Positions 37,770 through 48,586 of a DNA stretch of 53,850 nucleotides are shown piece after piece (position 1 is the first letter of the stretch; each line of letters starts with the position of its first letter). The notes under the pieces are model-generated. The model was not told the DNA's origin. It did no database searches and saw only the letters and a program-made list of their open reading frames with translations. Both the position numbers and the translations under genes were made by a program. The DNA comes from Candidatus Microgenomatus sp. (GTDB taxonomy: Bacteria > Patescibacteriota > Microgenomatia > UBA8517), in contig DYGT01000001.1 of assembly GCA_020724555.1 (NCBI GenBank), positions 1 to 53,850 of the forward strand. The letters run 5' to 3'.

Positions 37770-39479
37770 ATGGCTTTTGTTAAAAAACATGCCTTTTTAA
37801 TCTCGCTTATATTTATAAGCCTACTACTGCGCACATGGTGGTTAAACCTTTTTCCCATTGGCATGGCGCATGATGAACTTAACTATGTGATGAACGCCCG
37901 CTCACTTTTTTTGAGTGGTAATAATATCCCCTGGACGGCTTCAGCCATTTTCTCTTGGGGAGAAACTCAATTTGATGTAGTAATTTCCGAACTTCCCGCG
38001 ATTTTAATTTCTCCCTGGATAGGTTTAACCAAGCTTAATATGTTTAATGTGCGCCTTCCCTATGCCATAGTCGGCACTATTACGATTCTCACATTCTACT
38101 TTTTAATAAAAAAGCTAACTAACATACAAATTGCCAGGTTTTCCGCACTTGCTTTGGCCGTAAACCCCTGGTCTATCCATTTTAACCGCACGGCATTTGA
38201 AATTAATTTCGCTATTTTGTTTTATTTACTTGGAATATATCTTGTGATTTCCCAAAAACGAAAAAAAATCCTTTTGGGTTTGCCCTTTTTTATAGCCGGC
38301 TTTTTAAGTTATTTTGGCGCTAAACTTATTTTTCTTCCTCTAATTGTCATCACGCTTATCTATGGTTATCTTGACCAAGACAAATTATCAATTAAAAAAC
38401 CATACATTTGGTTTTTTGCAATTAGCCTTTTGTTTTTTCTTTTTTATTACTTCACCCTTCCTTATCAACCGGCAGGAAGTAGAAAAGGAGAATTAATTTT
38501 TTTTAATAATCACTTTTTTTCTGAAACGGTTAATCTGGAAAGACAGCAAAGCCTCCCCAGTCCGTTGAATAATATTTTTTCCAACAAGCTAACCGTCTTG
38601 GGTAAAAAAATTGTTAATACTTATCTCCAAGCTTTTTCCACCCACTTTTTGTTTATAACTGGCGAGACTCGCGCAGCCTATTCTTTTTGGCAGCATGGCC
38701 CTTTATATATTATTGATTTTCCTTTTCTAATCCTGGGGGTTATTAGCCTATACACTCTCAAGCGCCGAGTTTTTTGGTATGTCTTAGGTATCATTGCCCT
38801 GGCTCCAATGGTATCTGCCATAGATCTGGTGGAGCAATCGTACGTAATCCGCGCGGCTTTGATGTTTCCTATGTTTATGGCACTGGTCGGCAGTGGATTT
38901 TATTTAATTAAAAATAAATTTATCAAAGTCGGTCTAATAGCGCTTTATTTAATTTCTGTTGCGAACTTTTTACACCTTTATTTTTTCCGTTATCCGGTTT
39001 ACGCGAGTGAGGGATTTTTCCTCAGCGACCGGATACTCTCAAACTATATTTTTCGCGCTCAACAGCATAGCCCCGAAACTGAAATTTTAATAATTACATC
39101 TGAGCCCAAAATAATTTTTGAAGAATATCTTTTTTTTAACAATCTTTACGCAGGGCGTGATGTTAAAAAAATTAATAACAAAATGAAACTAAAAGATTTT
39201 TCCTGGGATAAAGTAGACTTTAGTGATAAATGTCCCGAAGAAATTGGTGTTAATAAAATAGTTATCACAGACCAAAGGTATAATTGCCAAGAAAAAGAAA
39301 ACGGAGATCTAGGCATTGTCCAGCTGGCGGACGCCGGACTTATCTACTTAATCAAAAACGACAAGCTTTGCGATAATTATGAACTTGGCAATTACTATTA
39401 CCCACAAAGCCTAAAAGAGCTTAAAATTGAAAATTTAGAAGATGAAAGTTTTTGCAAAAGCTGGATTACTGCTCAATAA
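37770..39479 (+). CDS. ArnT/PMT-family GT-C glycosyltransferase
   Basis: HDE motif after TM1, VRLP, NPW..HFNR.AFE, many TMs. Confidence 0.85.
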   Translation: MAFVKKHAFLISLIFISLLLRTWWLNLFPIGMAHDELNYVMNARSLFLSGNNIPWTASAIFSWGETQFDVVISELPAILISPWIGLTKLNMFNVRLPYAIVGTITILTFYFLIKKLTNIQIARFSALALAVNPWSIHFNRTAFEINFAILFYLLGIYLVISQKRKKILLGLPFFIAGFLSYFGAKLIFLPLIVITLIYGYLDQDKLSIKKPYIWFFAISLLFFLFYYFTLPYQPAGSRKGELIFFNNHFFSETVNLERQQSLPSPLNNIFSNKLTVLGKKIVNTYLQAFSTHFLFITGETRAAYSFWQHGPLYIIDFPFLILGVISLYTLKRRVFWYVLGIIALAPMVSAIDLVEQSYVIRAALMFPMFMALVGSGFYLIKNKFIKVGLIALYLISVANFLHLYFFRYPVYASEGFFLSDRILSNYIFRAQQHSPETEILIITSEPKIIFEEYLFFNNLYAGRDVKKINNKMKLKDFSWDKVDFSDKCPEEIGVNKIVITDQRYNCQEKENGDLGIVQLADAGLIYLIKNDKLCDNYELGNYYYPQSLKELKIENLEDESFCKSWITAQ

Positions 39480-39490
39480 TGTAAAATACT

Positions 39491-40018
39491 GTGGTGGAAA
39501 AATTAAATTCAAAAATTTTAAGAGATTATGAGCCAACGGCCGAAGATTTAGCGCAAATCAAAAGAAATCCAATAGTTTTTGTGCTGGATGAAATTTTGGA
39601 CACTTTTAACATAGGAAGCATGTTTAGGCTGGCCGACGCCGTAGCTGCCGAAAAAATGTATTTGTGCGGCCGCATGGAAACTCCTCCGAGCTCGCGCATC
39701 CACAAAGCAGCCGTTGGTACGGAAAAATGGGTTTTCTGGGAACATTCCCCCTCCACGCTTAAAGTCGTAAAAAAACTCAAAAAAGAAGGGTACTTCGTAG
39801 TGGCAGCCGAACAAAGTGAAAATTCTGTTTCCGTCACAAAATTTAAGCCCACTTTTCCCTTGGCAATTGTTTTAGGGCACGAAAGCGACGGGGTAAAAAA
39901 TGAAGTACTAAATGCCGTGGATTTAACGGTTGAATTGCCCATGCTTGGCATTAATAACTCATTTAATGTCTGGGGAGTAGCTGCAGTTTTGGCTTATAAG
40001 GCTGTAGAAAAACTTTAA
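39491..40018 (+). CDS. TrmH/SpoU-family RNA methyltransferase
   Basis: NIGSMFR, LGHESDGV, LPMLG.NNSFNV SPOUT motifs. Confidence 0.92.
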   Translation: MVEKLNSKILRDYEPTAEDLAQIKRNPIVFVLDEILDTFNIGSMFRLADAVAAEKMYLCGRMETPPSSRIHKAAVGTEKWVFWEHSPSTLKVVKKLKKEGYFVVAAEQSENSVSVTKFKPTFPLAIVLGHESDGVKNEVLNAVDLTVELPMLGINNSFNVWGVAAVLAYKAVEKL

Positions 40019-40022
40019 AATC

Positions 40023-41105
40023 TCACCAAGTTGGTGTTGGCTTGTCTAAATAATCCAAAACTTCCATCGCCGCCATACAACCAAATGCTGCGGCTGTAAT
40101 TGCCTGTTTATAGTAATAGTCGTGGACATCTCCTGCCACAAAAACACCTTTTTTATTAGTTGAACTTTTTGGATAACCCCCTTCTCCCGCTTTAGGATGT
40201 ATATAACCTTTTGGGTCCAAATCAACCTGACCGGCAAATATTTTGGTAGATGGACTGTGGCCAATGGCAACAAACATTCCATCAACCGGCAGCTCCCAAA
40301 ACAAAAGATCCTCTTCGGTTTCCATGAGAACATTGCCATGATATTTTTTTGCTCCTTCGGCAGCCAATATCTTTCCCTGTTGGGAATCTGCTTTAGTTTT
40401 TAGTTTTAATTTTTCCAAAGCTTCCCGACCTATAGCTTCGACCACTTCAGTATCCCAAATAATTTCAATTTTCTCATTGTTTTTTACTTTTTCTTGCATA
40501 GCCTGGCTGGCGCGAAGCTCAGACCTTCGGTGGAGTAAATAAACTTTAATCGCATATTTGGTTAACACCAACGCCTCTTCCATTGCCGAATCGCCTCCGC
40601 CAACTACAGCCACTATCTTATCTTTAAAAAAAGGAGCATCACACGGAGCACACGAACTTATGCCCCGGCCGCGAAGTTTGTCTTCCCCGGGAACCCCTAG
40701 CCACTTGGTTTCCGCACCCGTGGCAATAATTACACTTTTTGATAAATATTCTTCGGCATCAACTCTTACTTTTAACGGGATTTGCGAAAAATCTACGCTT
40801 GTGGCATTTCTTTCAATAAATTCTGCGCCAAAACGCTCAGCTTGAGCCCTTATCCGCTCCATTAATTCCGGCCCTTGTATGCCTTCGGGGAAGCCCGGGA
40901 AATTGTCAACAGTTGTAGTAAGCATTAACTGCCCTCCCCAAGAATCTCCACCAACGATCAAAGTAGAGGCAGCTCCGCGTGTAGTATAAATCGCAGCAGT
41001 CAGCGCCGATGGGCCCGAACCAATAATTATTACATCCCAAGGCTCACCTGGACTTGGTTTTTGCGTAAATACTTCTTGCATAATATTCTTTTGGGTTTTT
41101 GCCAC
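40023..41105 (-). CDS. trxB: Thioredoxin reductase
   Basis: GSGPS, GGQL, CAPCD, GGGDSA, AGD motifs. Confidence 0.95.
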   Translation of the reverse strand: MAKTQKNIMQEVFTQKPSPGEPWDVIIIGSGPSALTAAIYTTRGAASTLIVGGDSWGGQLMLTTTVDNFPGFPEGIQGPELMERIRAQAERFGAEFIERNATSVDFSQIPLKVRVDAEEYLSKSVIIATGAETKWLGVPGEDKLRGRGISSCAPCDAPFFKDKIVAVVGGGDSAMEEALVLTKYAIKVYLLHRRSELRASQAMQEKVKNNEKIEIIWDTEVVEAIGREALEKLKLKTKADSQQGKILAAEGAKKYHGNVLMETEEDLLFWELPVDGMFVAIGHSPSTKIFAGQVDLDPKGYIHPKAGEGGYPKSSTNKKGVFVAGDVHDYYYKQAITAAAFGCMAAMEVLDYLDKPTPTW

Positions 41106-41156
41106 AGACCAAGGGGACGAATAACTTCGCTCCCCTTTTTTGGTCGTACAAATCCT

Positions 41157-41480
41157 TTAGGAATTTGTATTTGTATCGCCAGAAGACTCTCCACCCACCC
41201 TGGCAACAGGTGGTTGTGGAGGCACTCCCATAACAGGCTCTGCGGGTTCAACACTTGGTGCCACTGGTTCAGGTGCCTCGGGCACGTCAGGTGTTTGTGG
41301 CATTTGTGGCGTCGTAGCCGGTGTAGGCACAGTCGGCGCTGCAGGTGCTTCCGGCACTTGAGGTGCAGGAGGAACCGCAGCTGGTGTCGGTGCCTGTGGT
41401 GTCGCCACCGGAACTTCATCAATGCCTTGTGGTTGGCCAGATGGATCTTGATTTAAGTCTTGTGGATCATTATTTCCCAA
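41157..41480 (-). CDS. Pro/Ala/Thr-rich low-complexity protein
   Basis: GGGGTGA SD followed by TTG; lies between trxA and trxB on the same strand. Confidence 0.6.
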   Translation of the reverse strand: MGNNDPQDLNQDPSGQPQGIDEVPVATPQAPTPAAVPPAPQVPEAPAAPTVPTPATTPQMPQTPDVPEAPEPVAPSVEPAEPVMGVPPQPPVARVGGESSGDTNTNS

Positions 41481-41494
41481 AAAAATCACCCCCT

Positions 41495-41815
41495 TTATTT
41501 AACAACCTTTCTAATTAAAGCTTCAAAAGCTCCTTTTCCGGCAAATCCGATTTGCCGGTCAATTTCTTTACCGTCTTGAAACAATATCGTCGTAGGGATA
41601 GACATTATACCGTAATTTTGCGCCATTGATTGATTTTCATCTACATTCATTTTTACAATTTCTACCTTCCCCTTAAACTCCTCCGCTAACTCCTCAAGCA
41701 CCGGAGCTGCCATTTTGCACGGTCCGCACCAAGGAGCCCAAAAATCAACCAGCGTAGGAATACCGGCTTGAAGCACTTTTGTCTGAAATTCGCTGTCGGT
41801 TACATCCTTTATCAT
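41495..41815 (-). CDS. trxA: Thioredoxin
   Basis: WAPWCGPC, SIPT. Confidence 0.97.
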   Translation of the reverse strand: MIKDVTDSEFQTKVLQAGIPTLVDFWAPWCGPCKMAAPVLEELAEEFKGKVEIVKMNVDENQSMAQNYGIMSIPTTILFQDGKEIDRQIGFAGKGAFEALIRKVVK

Positions 41816-41888
41816 CTTGCGTTCCCATAATACCCATTTTTCACAAAGGACGTCAAGGTGCAGTCTCTGAATCTATGAAAATTTATTC

Positions 41889-42713
41889 TTACGGAGCTGT
41901 GGTTTGAAGTAGATGTAAAGCTCCATACAAACCTCCTTCGTCTCCAAGGCTTGATGGAATTAATTTTGGAAAATACGGCAAATTGGACTTTGTGCCGACC
42001 ATCAAAGTTTCCGCCAAACCCAGATCATATTTATACGCCAAACCACCGCCGATGACGATTACCTCAGGGGACCAATACAAGGCAGTATTTACTAGACCAC
42101 AAGACAAAAATTTCACGCGTTCACGCCAAAAATCCGGCTCGTTAATTTCAACTGGGTTTTTGCCGGTTTGGCGCAATATTCCCCCACTTGATACCAAGCT
42201 TTCCAAATCCCCCCCGGCTGGAAAATCTTTACATGAAACAATTTGTCTGCCGATTTCAAAACCAAAATAACTGACGTCTATTTGTTTATTAACAATCCGT
42301 ACACCATTAAAGCCCGTGCTGACGGTGATGTATGCAACAATATTATAATTTTGACCAGAACCGCGCACTGCCTCTCCCAAGCCAACCTGAGCCGTATCGT
42401 TTTCCAAACCAACCGGACACTTAAAAATACCCACAAGATCTTTTTTTAATGGCTTACCATTCCAATCGCTAATGTTTGGAGCAGACACTATCCCGCTTTT
42501 ATCACCGTTTAATGGCCCGGCGATACCCACCATCGCCCTACCAATCGCACCACGCGCCAGACTCAGGACAGTTTTCTCAATCAAAAAGAGCCCTTGATCA
42601 TATTTTTGAGGAGTGACAAAAATTGCAGGCTCGCCAAAGGTGCTTCCGTCCTCGCTTATGGCAATTCTGGTCTTTGTGCCCCCAATGTCTATTAATGCCC
42701 AAGGTAAACTCAT
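41889..42713 (-). CDS. ROK-family sugar kinase
   Basis: DIGGTK, ENDT, STG, EIG, IGGG. Confidence 0.9.
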   Translation of the reverse strand: MSLPWALIDIGGTKTRIAISEDGSTFGEPAIFVTPQKYDQGLFLIEKTVLSLARGAIGRAMVGIAGPLNGDKSGIVSAPNISDWNGKPLKKDLVGIFKCPVGLENDTAQVGLGEAVRGSGQNYNIVAYITVSTGFNGVRIVNKQIDVSYFGFEIGRQIVSCKDFPAGGDLESLVSSGGILRQTGKNPVEINEPDFWRERVKFLSCGLVNTALYWSPEVIVIGGGLAYKYDLGLAETLMVGTKSNLPYFPKLIPSSLGDEGGLYGALHLLQTTAP

Positions 42714-44668
42714 GAAACTAATTCCTCCAGTTTTTTTTGATAACTAAGCAAAGTAACGACAAACTCAGCATGGCTCCAAGCCAGGGGACTTGCCGACAAT
42801 TGAGTGCCAGTTACAGGATCGAATTGCTCAGATAAAATTCCCGAATGGGTAGCGCGCTCAACTACCCAGTCAAGGATATCCTCTGCTGGTTTTAAATCCT
42901 TTTTTTCTTTGGCTTTTTTTATAAGATACTGTGCTTTCCACAAAGTGGTTATCGCCCATGGATTACCAACGATATCATGGTTTTTAAAATAAATATCACC
43001 TTCAAAACGCGCGATGCCACCTATCCCACTGACCTCAAGTTTTTCAGTCATAACCTCATAGGCTTTTTGAATTTCCGGATCATCTATACTGTAAATGCCG
43101 AAGGTGTGCATACCGTAAAAACTACTGGCATCCACAGTTTCATCGTGCATTGCTTCCCCTTTGACAAAATCCAAATATTTATAAAAATATGAAATTTCTT
43201 GATTAAATAACCACTTTTTGCAGGCCTCCTTCACCTCAGTGGATGCTTGGCGGTAAAGCCCTGCGTCTTTTTCTTTACCAAGAAGCTGGGCGAATTCTGA
43301 GGCTACCCCCAAAGCGTGCGCAACCGCCGCCGCCGTATAACTGTGAATCCCGTATTTCATTTCCCAAATGTCATAGCTAGGAAACGGCAAATGGTTTTCT
43401 CCTCTAAAACCCATCATAAAATTGGCGGTTTTTTTGATTAAGGAATTGTAGATCGATTCGATAAACTCCAGATCTTTTACCACCTGGTAGTGATTCCATA
43501 GAGCAATTAATACCAATGCGGTTTCATCCTCTTGGATGGGCAACTGTTGGCGCCCGTTTCGGATCCATGGGTGCCAGCTACTCCCCAAAGAACCATCCGG
43601 GCGATATTTATGGAAAAAGAACCCCTCCTCGCTTACCACTTGGTTGCAATACTCAAAAAAGTGTTTGGTTGATTCCGGGTACCCTGCTTTGTCCAGGGCA
43701 ATTGCTATATAAGCTCCGTCTCTAGGCCAAACATAAGAATAATTATCCCGCCCGTACTGAAGCATTTGACTATCACCGGAGGCAATGATTCCTCCCGGCT
43801 TGTCTATATGTGCCCTAAGAATAAATAAGGATGTTTCAAATAGCTCAGCAAATTTTGGTTTTAATTTTAAATTCCGGTCGTATTTATTAATCCATGCGTT
43901 CCAATAATCGGTTGTCGTTTCAATCATATGCTCGCATGATTTTTCCAAGACCAATTTATGTAAATTTTTAGCTACTTTTAAACTTTTGGCAAATGTCACC
44001 CAAACAAAAAACTCGGCGTGCGATTGAGCGTCAAGTACTTTTTCAAAACCAATTGTCGAGTCTACCGACCCGTGTTCTATGGGGTTTTTACTAAGAACCC
44101 CATCTTCCGCATCCAACCACGTTCCTACTTTTCCTTCAATTCCACACAAGCCAACGGTATAATCGTCAAATGGCCGACCTTCAGTCTCACCTCCTGAAAT
44201 TATTGCCACGCGTCGGCCTTTGTAATGGACCAAAGTGTTGTCTTGCGGGTCGAAATATACGGTGTCTTTTTTTTGCGATCCATACATCTGAAACTGATGG
44301 CTAAAAAATAATTTCAAGCGGCGGGCTTTCTTTGCGTGATTTTTAACAGTAACGCGGCGAATAAAAATATTTTTTTCATTGTACAAAACGTCTTCAAAAT
44401 GAAGCTCCAACGCCAAGTTATCATTTATCGCCGTAGTGCTACCAACTAAAGTCTGCGGCCGATAACGCACAACAATCTGCCAGCTCGGATCATCAAGCCA
44501 AGTAATCATTCCCCCACTATCATTTTCCAGCCAAACACCTACTCTGTTTTTGGCGTCTTCCGCCATCTGGTTTTCCAAACCGACGTGGGGAAAATAAAAA
44601 TCACACACCTGCCCCCGGTCATCAAGACCTACAAAACTAGTGCCATTGGCAAGGATAACCGGACGCAT
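42710..44668 (-). CDS. GH15 glucoamylase-like glycosidase
   Basis: YVWPRDG, QEDET, DIWE, LSEQ, PLAWSHA. Confidence 0.92.
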   Translation of the reverse strand: MRPVILANGTSFVGLDDRGQVCDFYFPHVGLENQMAEDAKNRVGVWLENDSGGMITWLDDPSWQIVVRYRPQTLVGSTTAINDNLALELHFEDVLYNEKNIFIRRVTVKNHAKKARRLKLFFSHQFQMYGSQKKDTVYFDPQDNTLVHYKGRRVAIISGGETEGRPFDDYTVGLCGIEGKVGTWLDAEDGVLSKNPIEHGSVDSTIGFEKVLDAQSHAEFFVWVTFAKSLKVAKNLHKLVLEKSCEHMIETTTDYWNAWINKYDRNLKLKPKFAELFETSLFILRAHIDKPGGIIASGDSQMLQYGRDNYSYVWPRDGAYIAIALDKAGYPESTKHFFEYCNQVVSEEGFFFHKYRPDGSLGSSWHPWIRNGRQQLPIQEDETALVLIALWNHYQVVKDLEFIESIYNSLIKKTANFMMGFRGENHLPFPSYDIWEMKYGIHSYTAAAVAHALGVASEFAQLLGKEKDAGLYRQASTEVKEACKKWLFNQEISYFYKYLDFVKGEAMHDETVDASSFYGMHTFGIYSIDDPEIQKAYEVMTEKLEVSGIGGIARFEGDIYFKNHDIVGNPWAITTLWKAQYLIKKAKEKKDLKPAEDILDWVVERATHSGILSEQFDPVTGTQLSASPLAWSHAEFVVTLLSYQKKLEELVS

Positions 44669-44669
44669 T

Positions 44670-45848
44670 TTATTTTTTAAGTTTTAAATTAATGTCAGAT
44701 AATACATTCATAAAATAACGGAAAGCGTCGTACGGAGAATCGTAGGGGTTAAAATATTTATGCACGTCCCCATCGGCAAACCATTTGGTACACATATAAT
44801 AAAAATGGTCCGAAGTGGTCAAATTTCGCCAAGCTTGTATCAAATCCTCATCGTTTGCGGAAAGTACATCATCGCGCAAGGAGTAAAGCTTATTCATAGC
44901 ATCCCTCTGCATGGCATTTGACAACCAAGCCGAAAGGTCGCGCTCGGTGTCTGCCCAAGAAATATAATTGGGGACATCAAGGCTACCTTTGGGAGTATAA
45001 CGTTCAATTGCTTCACTGGGAGTAACAAAATCGTTGTCCGGGTGCTTTAATATTTCTTCCGGAAGCTTATCCATAAATTTAAATATGCCACTATCTTCCC
45101 ATTGGTGTTCACCAAAAGTTTCATAGTCCATAAAAAGATTCACAATTTCGCCGCCACCGTTAATTTGGTTTACCCAATTGGCAAATTTTTCAGCGGTTAA
45201 CGGGTAATCGTTCCAGCTTTTTTCAGAAAAACGAAAAGCAATATCATCCGACAACCGGTAATTTTTCAAAAGTAGCCGGATCTTGCCGCCCGGTGGTGTG
45301 TATAAAAAGGCCGGGCTTCGCCAACCCAAAACATGGTCTGCCCCTTCTGCCAATACGCCTTTGTAACCCAACCTTTCAAGGTGGATGGCCAAATCGTTGT
45401 TATAAATAAGCTCAGTATTGCGAAATACTTTTGGCGTTTGTCCAAAGATACTTTCCACCTTTTTTTTGTGGAGTGCCACCTGTTCATCAAATTCTTGTTT
45501 TGATCCCAAAAACGAAAGCGAATGGTAATAAGTTTCAGATAAAATCTCAACCCTGCCGGTGTCAATGAGGGCAACAAAAGATTCCAAAACGCGAGGAGCG
45601 TATTTTTCAAACTGTTCAAGCACAACCCCTGAAAATGAATAAGCTACTTTAAGCTCCGGGTGCCGGTGCAGCAGCTCAAGCATCAAAGCGTTTGTAGGCA
45701 AGTAAGCTTTGGATGAAACTTTATTTAAAGTCTGGGCGTTTATTCCTTCGTCGTCAAAATAATCAATTTTTTTCCCGATATCGCTATAGCGGAATTTTTT
45801 TATCCGCCTGGGCTGGTGAACCTGAAAGTAAAAGCAAATTGAACTCAT
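44670..45848 (-). CDS. GH57 alpha-amylase
   Basis: FQVHQP, ETYYHSL, RNTEL, DYETFGEH, SWAD; start MSSICFY at 45848. Confidence 0.93.
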   Translation of the reverse strand: MSSICFYFQVHQPRRIKKFRYSDIGKKIDYFDDEGINAQTLNKVSSKAYLPTNALMLELLHRHPELKVAYSFSGVVLEQFEKYAPRVLESFVALIDTGRVEILSETYYHSLSFLGSKQEFDEQVALHKKKVESIFGQTPKVFRNTELIYNNDLAIHLERLGYKGVLAEGADHVLGWRSPAFLYTPPGGKIRLLLKNYRLSDDIAFRFSEKSWNDYPLTAEKFANWVNQINGGGEIVNLFMDYETFGEHQWEDSGIFKFMDKLPEEILKHPDNDFVTPSEAIERYTPKGSLDVPNYISWADTERDLSAWLSNAMQRDAMNKLYSLRDDVLSANDEDLIQAWRNLTTSDHFYYMCTKWFADGDVHKYFNPYDSPYDAFRYFMNVLSDINLKLKK

Positions 45849-45861
45849 ATAATCTTTTGAA

Positions 45862-47061
45862 TCAAAGTTGGGAATAAATCCGTATACACTTTTCGGCTGC
45901 CGCTTCCCAGCTGGCAAGCATTGCTTCGTGGTGTCCGTTTTTTGCCAATTCGCGGCGCATACTGGGGTAGGTAATAACAGATAAAATCTTATCGGCCATA
46001 TCTTCCACATCCCAAAAATCTGTTTTTAAAGCATGGTGCAAAACCTCAGACACACCCGATTGTTTGGAAATTAATACCGGAGTATCGTGGAGCAAAGACT
46101 CCAAAGGGGTAAGACCAAAAGGTTCAGACACCGATGGCATCACAAATAAATCTGCGGCTTCAAATACTTCAGACAGTTCACGTCCGCGCAAAAACCCGGT
46201 AAAGATTACTTTGTCAGATATGCCAAATTCACTGGCCTGCTCCATCAGCCTTCCCTCCATATCTCCGGATCCTGCTACAACAAACAGGGTTTTGGGGTGG
46301 TGCTTCAGCACAATATTGGCTGCATTTATAAAGTAATCCGGACCTTTCATGATGGTTATGCGCCCCACAAACAAAACTATTTTATAGCCCTTCTTTTTAT
46401 AAGCCTTAAGGCCTGCGGGAATTGAAGCGTCTAGTTGGTAACACGTAGCATCAATGCCGTTATATACAACGTCAATTTTACTGTCTGAAAGACCATAATT
46501 TTGTATAAGCGTATTTTTGGTAAACTGGCTAACCGCTATTACCTTGTCAGCGCCATTTGTCCCTTCATATTCTTTTTTATAAATCAATTCATTGGGATGC
46601 CCCGCGGTCCTGTCTACTTCGGTGGCGTGGACGTGCGAAACTAAAGGCGACTTAATTGTTTTTTGTGCCGCAAGACCCGCTCCAAAACTCAACCAGTCAT
46701 GGGCGTGGATCACATCTCCGCGTATTTTTCTGGCAATCTTGGCGGCTGCCAATCCATATCTTTCTACTTCAGAAAATAGATCATTTGCATACACCCGGCT
46801 TTTTTGTTTTTTTCTTATCACTTTATACGTTTCTTCAGTCATATAAGGCATAAGAAAGCTATTTACTGCATAGACTTTGATGTTTGGCAAACTGGCAAAA
46901 ATCATCTTAAAATTTTCAGCGCCGAAATCTGCTTTTTTGGGCAGTACAAATGTCAAATCCACTCCTTTATCCACAAGCGCACGGGCGAGACCCTGACAGG
47001 CCACGCCCAATCCGCCGCTATTGTGAGGTGGATATTCCCACCCAAACATCAATACTTTCAT
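45862..47061 (-). CDS. GT4 glycosyltransferase, glycogen-synthase-like
   Basis: GWEYPP..SGGLG, HAHDW, EPFGLTPLES. Confidence 0.9.
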   Translation of the reverse strand: MKVLMFGWEYPPHNSGGLGVACQGLARALVDKGVDLTFVLPKKADFGAENFKMIFASLPNIKVYAVNSFLMPYMTEETYKVIRKKQKSRVYANDLFSEVERYGLAAAKIARKIRGDVIHAHDWLSFGAGLAAQKTIKSPLVSHVHATEVDRTAGHPNELIYKKEYEGTNGADKVIAVSQFTKNTLIQNYGLSDSKIDVVYNGIDATCYQLDASIPAGLKAYKKKGYKIVLFVGRITIMKGPDYFINAANIVLKHHPKTLFVVAGSGDMEGRLMEQASEFGISDKVIFTGFLRGRELSEVFEAADLFVMPSVSEPFGLTPLESLLHDTPVLISKQSGVSEVLHHALKTDFWDVEDMADKILSVITYPSMRRELAKNGHHEAMLASWEAAAEKCIRIYSQL

Positions 47062-47147
47062 TACTAAACGATAAACTTTCCTGAGCTTGCGCCCATAATT
47101 TTTGTCATGTTCACTATCACTTTGTTAATGGCCTATATCTCCACGGC

Positions 47148-47711
47148 TTACACGATAAACGCAAACAAAACGACAAGTAAACAAACAATAAGCCACAAAA
47201 GCACTTCCTGATTTTTTTCCAACTTAAGCGAAGACTTTTGTCTCCAGCGTGAAAGGTTTCCAATTTCCTGAAAATCCACAAACTGATCAAACAAAAGATG
47301 AAGCATGATTCCCAAAACCACTCCCCTTCCAAACAAAGACCCGGATGAGGAGACAACCAAAAACATCAAAACGATTGCCACTAATTCAAAAATAAGAGAG
47401 TGGAAAATACAATAGGTACGCTCGTGTTTAGTGCGCGCCAAAAGGTCCATGGCACTACCCCATCTTTTATTTTTAAACAAATAAGCGGCACGCTGAGATG
47501 TAAGCTCGGAAGGGCGCAAAAATATAAAGTAAAGGAAGTGGTCCAAATCCGGCAAAAGTACGCCTAAAATTCCACCGAGCCAAAAAGTAAGATAAATAAA
47601 ATCGTCATACCAGCCACGAAATAAACTAATCATGAAGAAAAATATTAATAAAGAACCAAAATGGACAGTGAATTCTTTTTTCATTAGTACCTCACTTAAA
47701 CCATTGTGCAT
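47148..47711 (-). CDS. Membrane protein, metal-dependent hydrolase-like
   Basis: H...LPDLDH...FHS...HLLFD motifs among TM helices. Confidence 0.7.
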   Translation of the reverse strand: MHNGLSEVLMKKEFTVHFGSLLIFFFMISLFRGWYDDFIYLTFWLGGILGVLLPDLDHFLYFIFLRPSELTSQRAAYLFKNKRWGSAMDLLARTKHERTYCIFHSLIFELVAIVLMFLVVSSSGSLFGRGVVLGIMLHLLFDQFVDFQEIGNLSRWRQKSSLKLEKNQEVLLWLIVCLLVVLFAFIV

Positions 47712-47749
47712 CCTTTTGGGCTTAAGTTCAAGCCATAACTTCTAGAGCC

Positions 47750-48034
47750 CTAACTCTTAGTCGCATTTAGTTGCTTTAATTTCCACATAAACAGGGCGGC
47801 TTTGTTGCGGGCCGAATCTGCATCTTTTACAAAACGGCGGGCAGACTCCAGTTTGCCTCTGGGTGTAGTTTTGGCAAGCTTTATATAAAGGGATTTATGC
47901 TCCAAATCTCCAAGTTCAACAGCCAAATCATAACCATATTTTTGGAATTCACGACTGATATACTTATCTTCCTCTATTTCAAACCGGTCTAAAATATCAC
48001 TCAAACTGGAAAAGCCCTGTTTTTTACTGTTCAT
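47750..48034 (-). CDS. Hypothetical protein
   Basis: 94-aa ORF overlapping the pth stop. Confidence 0.7.
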   Translation of the reverse strand: MNSKKQGFSSLSDILDRFEIEEDKYISREFQKYGYDLAVELGDLEHKSLYIKLAKTTPRGKLESARRFVKDADSARNKAALFMWKLKQLNATKS

Positions 48035-48569
48035 TTAAATTTATTATATAGTTGCCGAGAAGCTCCAGCGTTGCCTTTCTTATAGTTTGCCTAAGCATAT
48101 CTAATTCTTCCGCTGGCAATAAACCTAGTACATAGGCTTCCCCAGGGATATCGCGCGCGCCTTTTCTGTTGTCAATTCCCAGGCGAATCCTCCAAAACCC
48201 GGCATTCCCCAAATTTTCTACGATAGAATTTAGGCCATTATGATCTTTTGGCCCAATGGTTTTTTGAATTTTATATTCACCCAAATTTATATCCAAATCA
48301 TCATGTGCAACAAAAATCTGCTCTGGCGTAACTTTAAAATGCCGGGACAGCCGAGCTATCACCCTCCCCGATCTGTTCATAAAGCTCAAAGGCTTAACGA
48401 CCAAAAGTTCTCCTTTTTTATACAATTCGGTATTGAATTTTTCCGATTTAACAAACGAAGCTCCCGGCAAGATATTTTGCAAAAAATAATCCGCAAATAA
48501 AAACCCGGCATTATGACGGGTGTCAACATAGCGGTCTCCCGGGTTACCTAGACCCACAACCATTTGCAT
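48024..48569 (-). CDS. pth: Peptidyl-tRNA hydrolase
   Basis: GLGNPG..Y..TRHNAG, FMNRSG, HDDLD, HNGL. Confidence 0.96.
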   Translation of the reverse strand: MQMVVGLGNPGDRYVDTRHNAGFLFADYFLQNILPGASFVKSEKFNTELYKKGELLVVKPLSFMNRSGRVIARLSRHFKVTPEQIFVAHDDLDINLGEYKIQKTIGPKDHNGLNSIVENLGNAGFWRIRLGIDNRKGARDIPGEAYVLGLLPAEELDMLRQTIRKATLELLGNYIINLNEQ

Positions 48570-48586
48570 ACCCTAGTATAACGTCT

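Noticed and set aside
45849..46010. Upstream extension of the GH57 ORF
   Set aside because: Overlaps the GT4 gene; the family N-terminal motif starts at 45848
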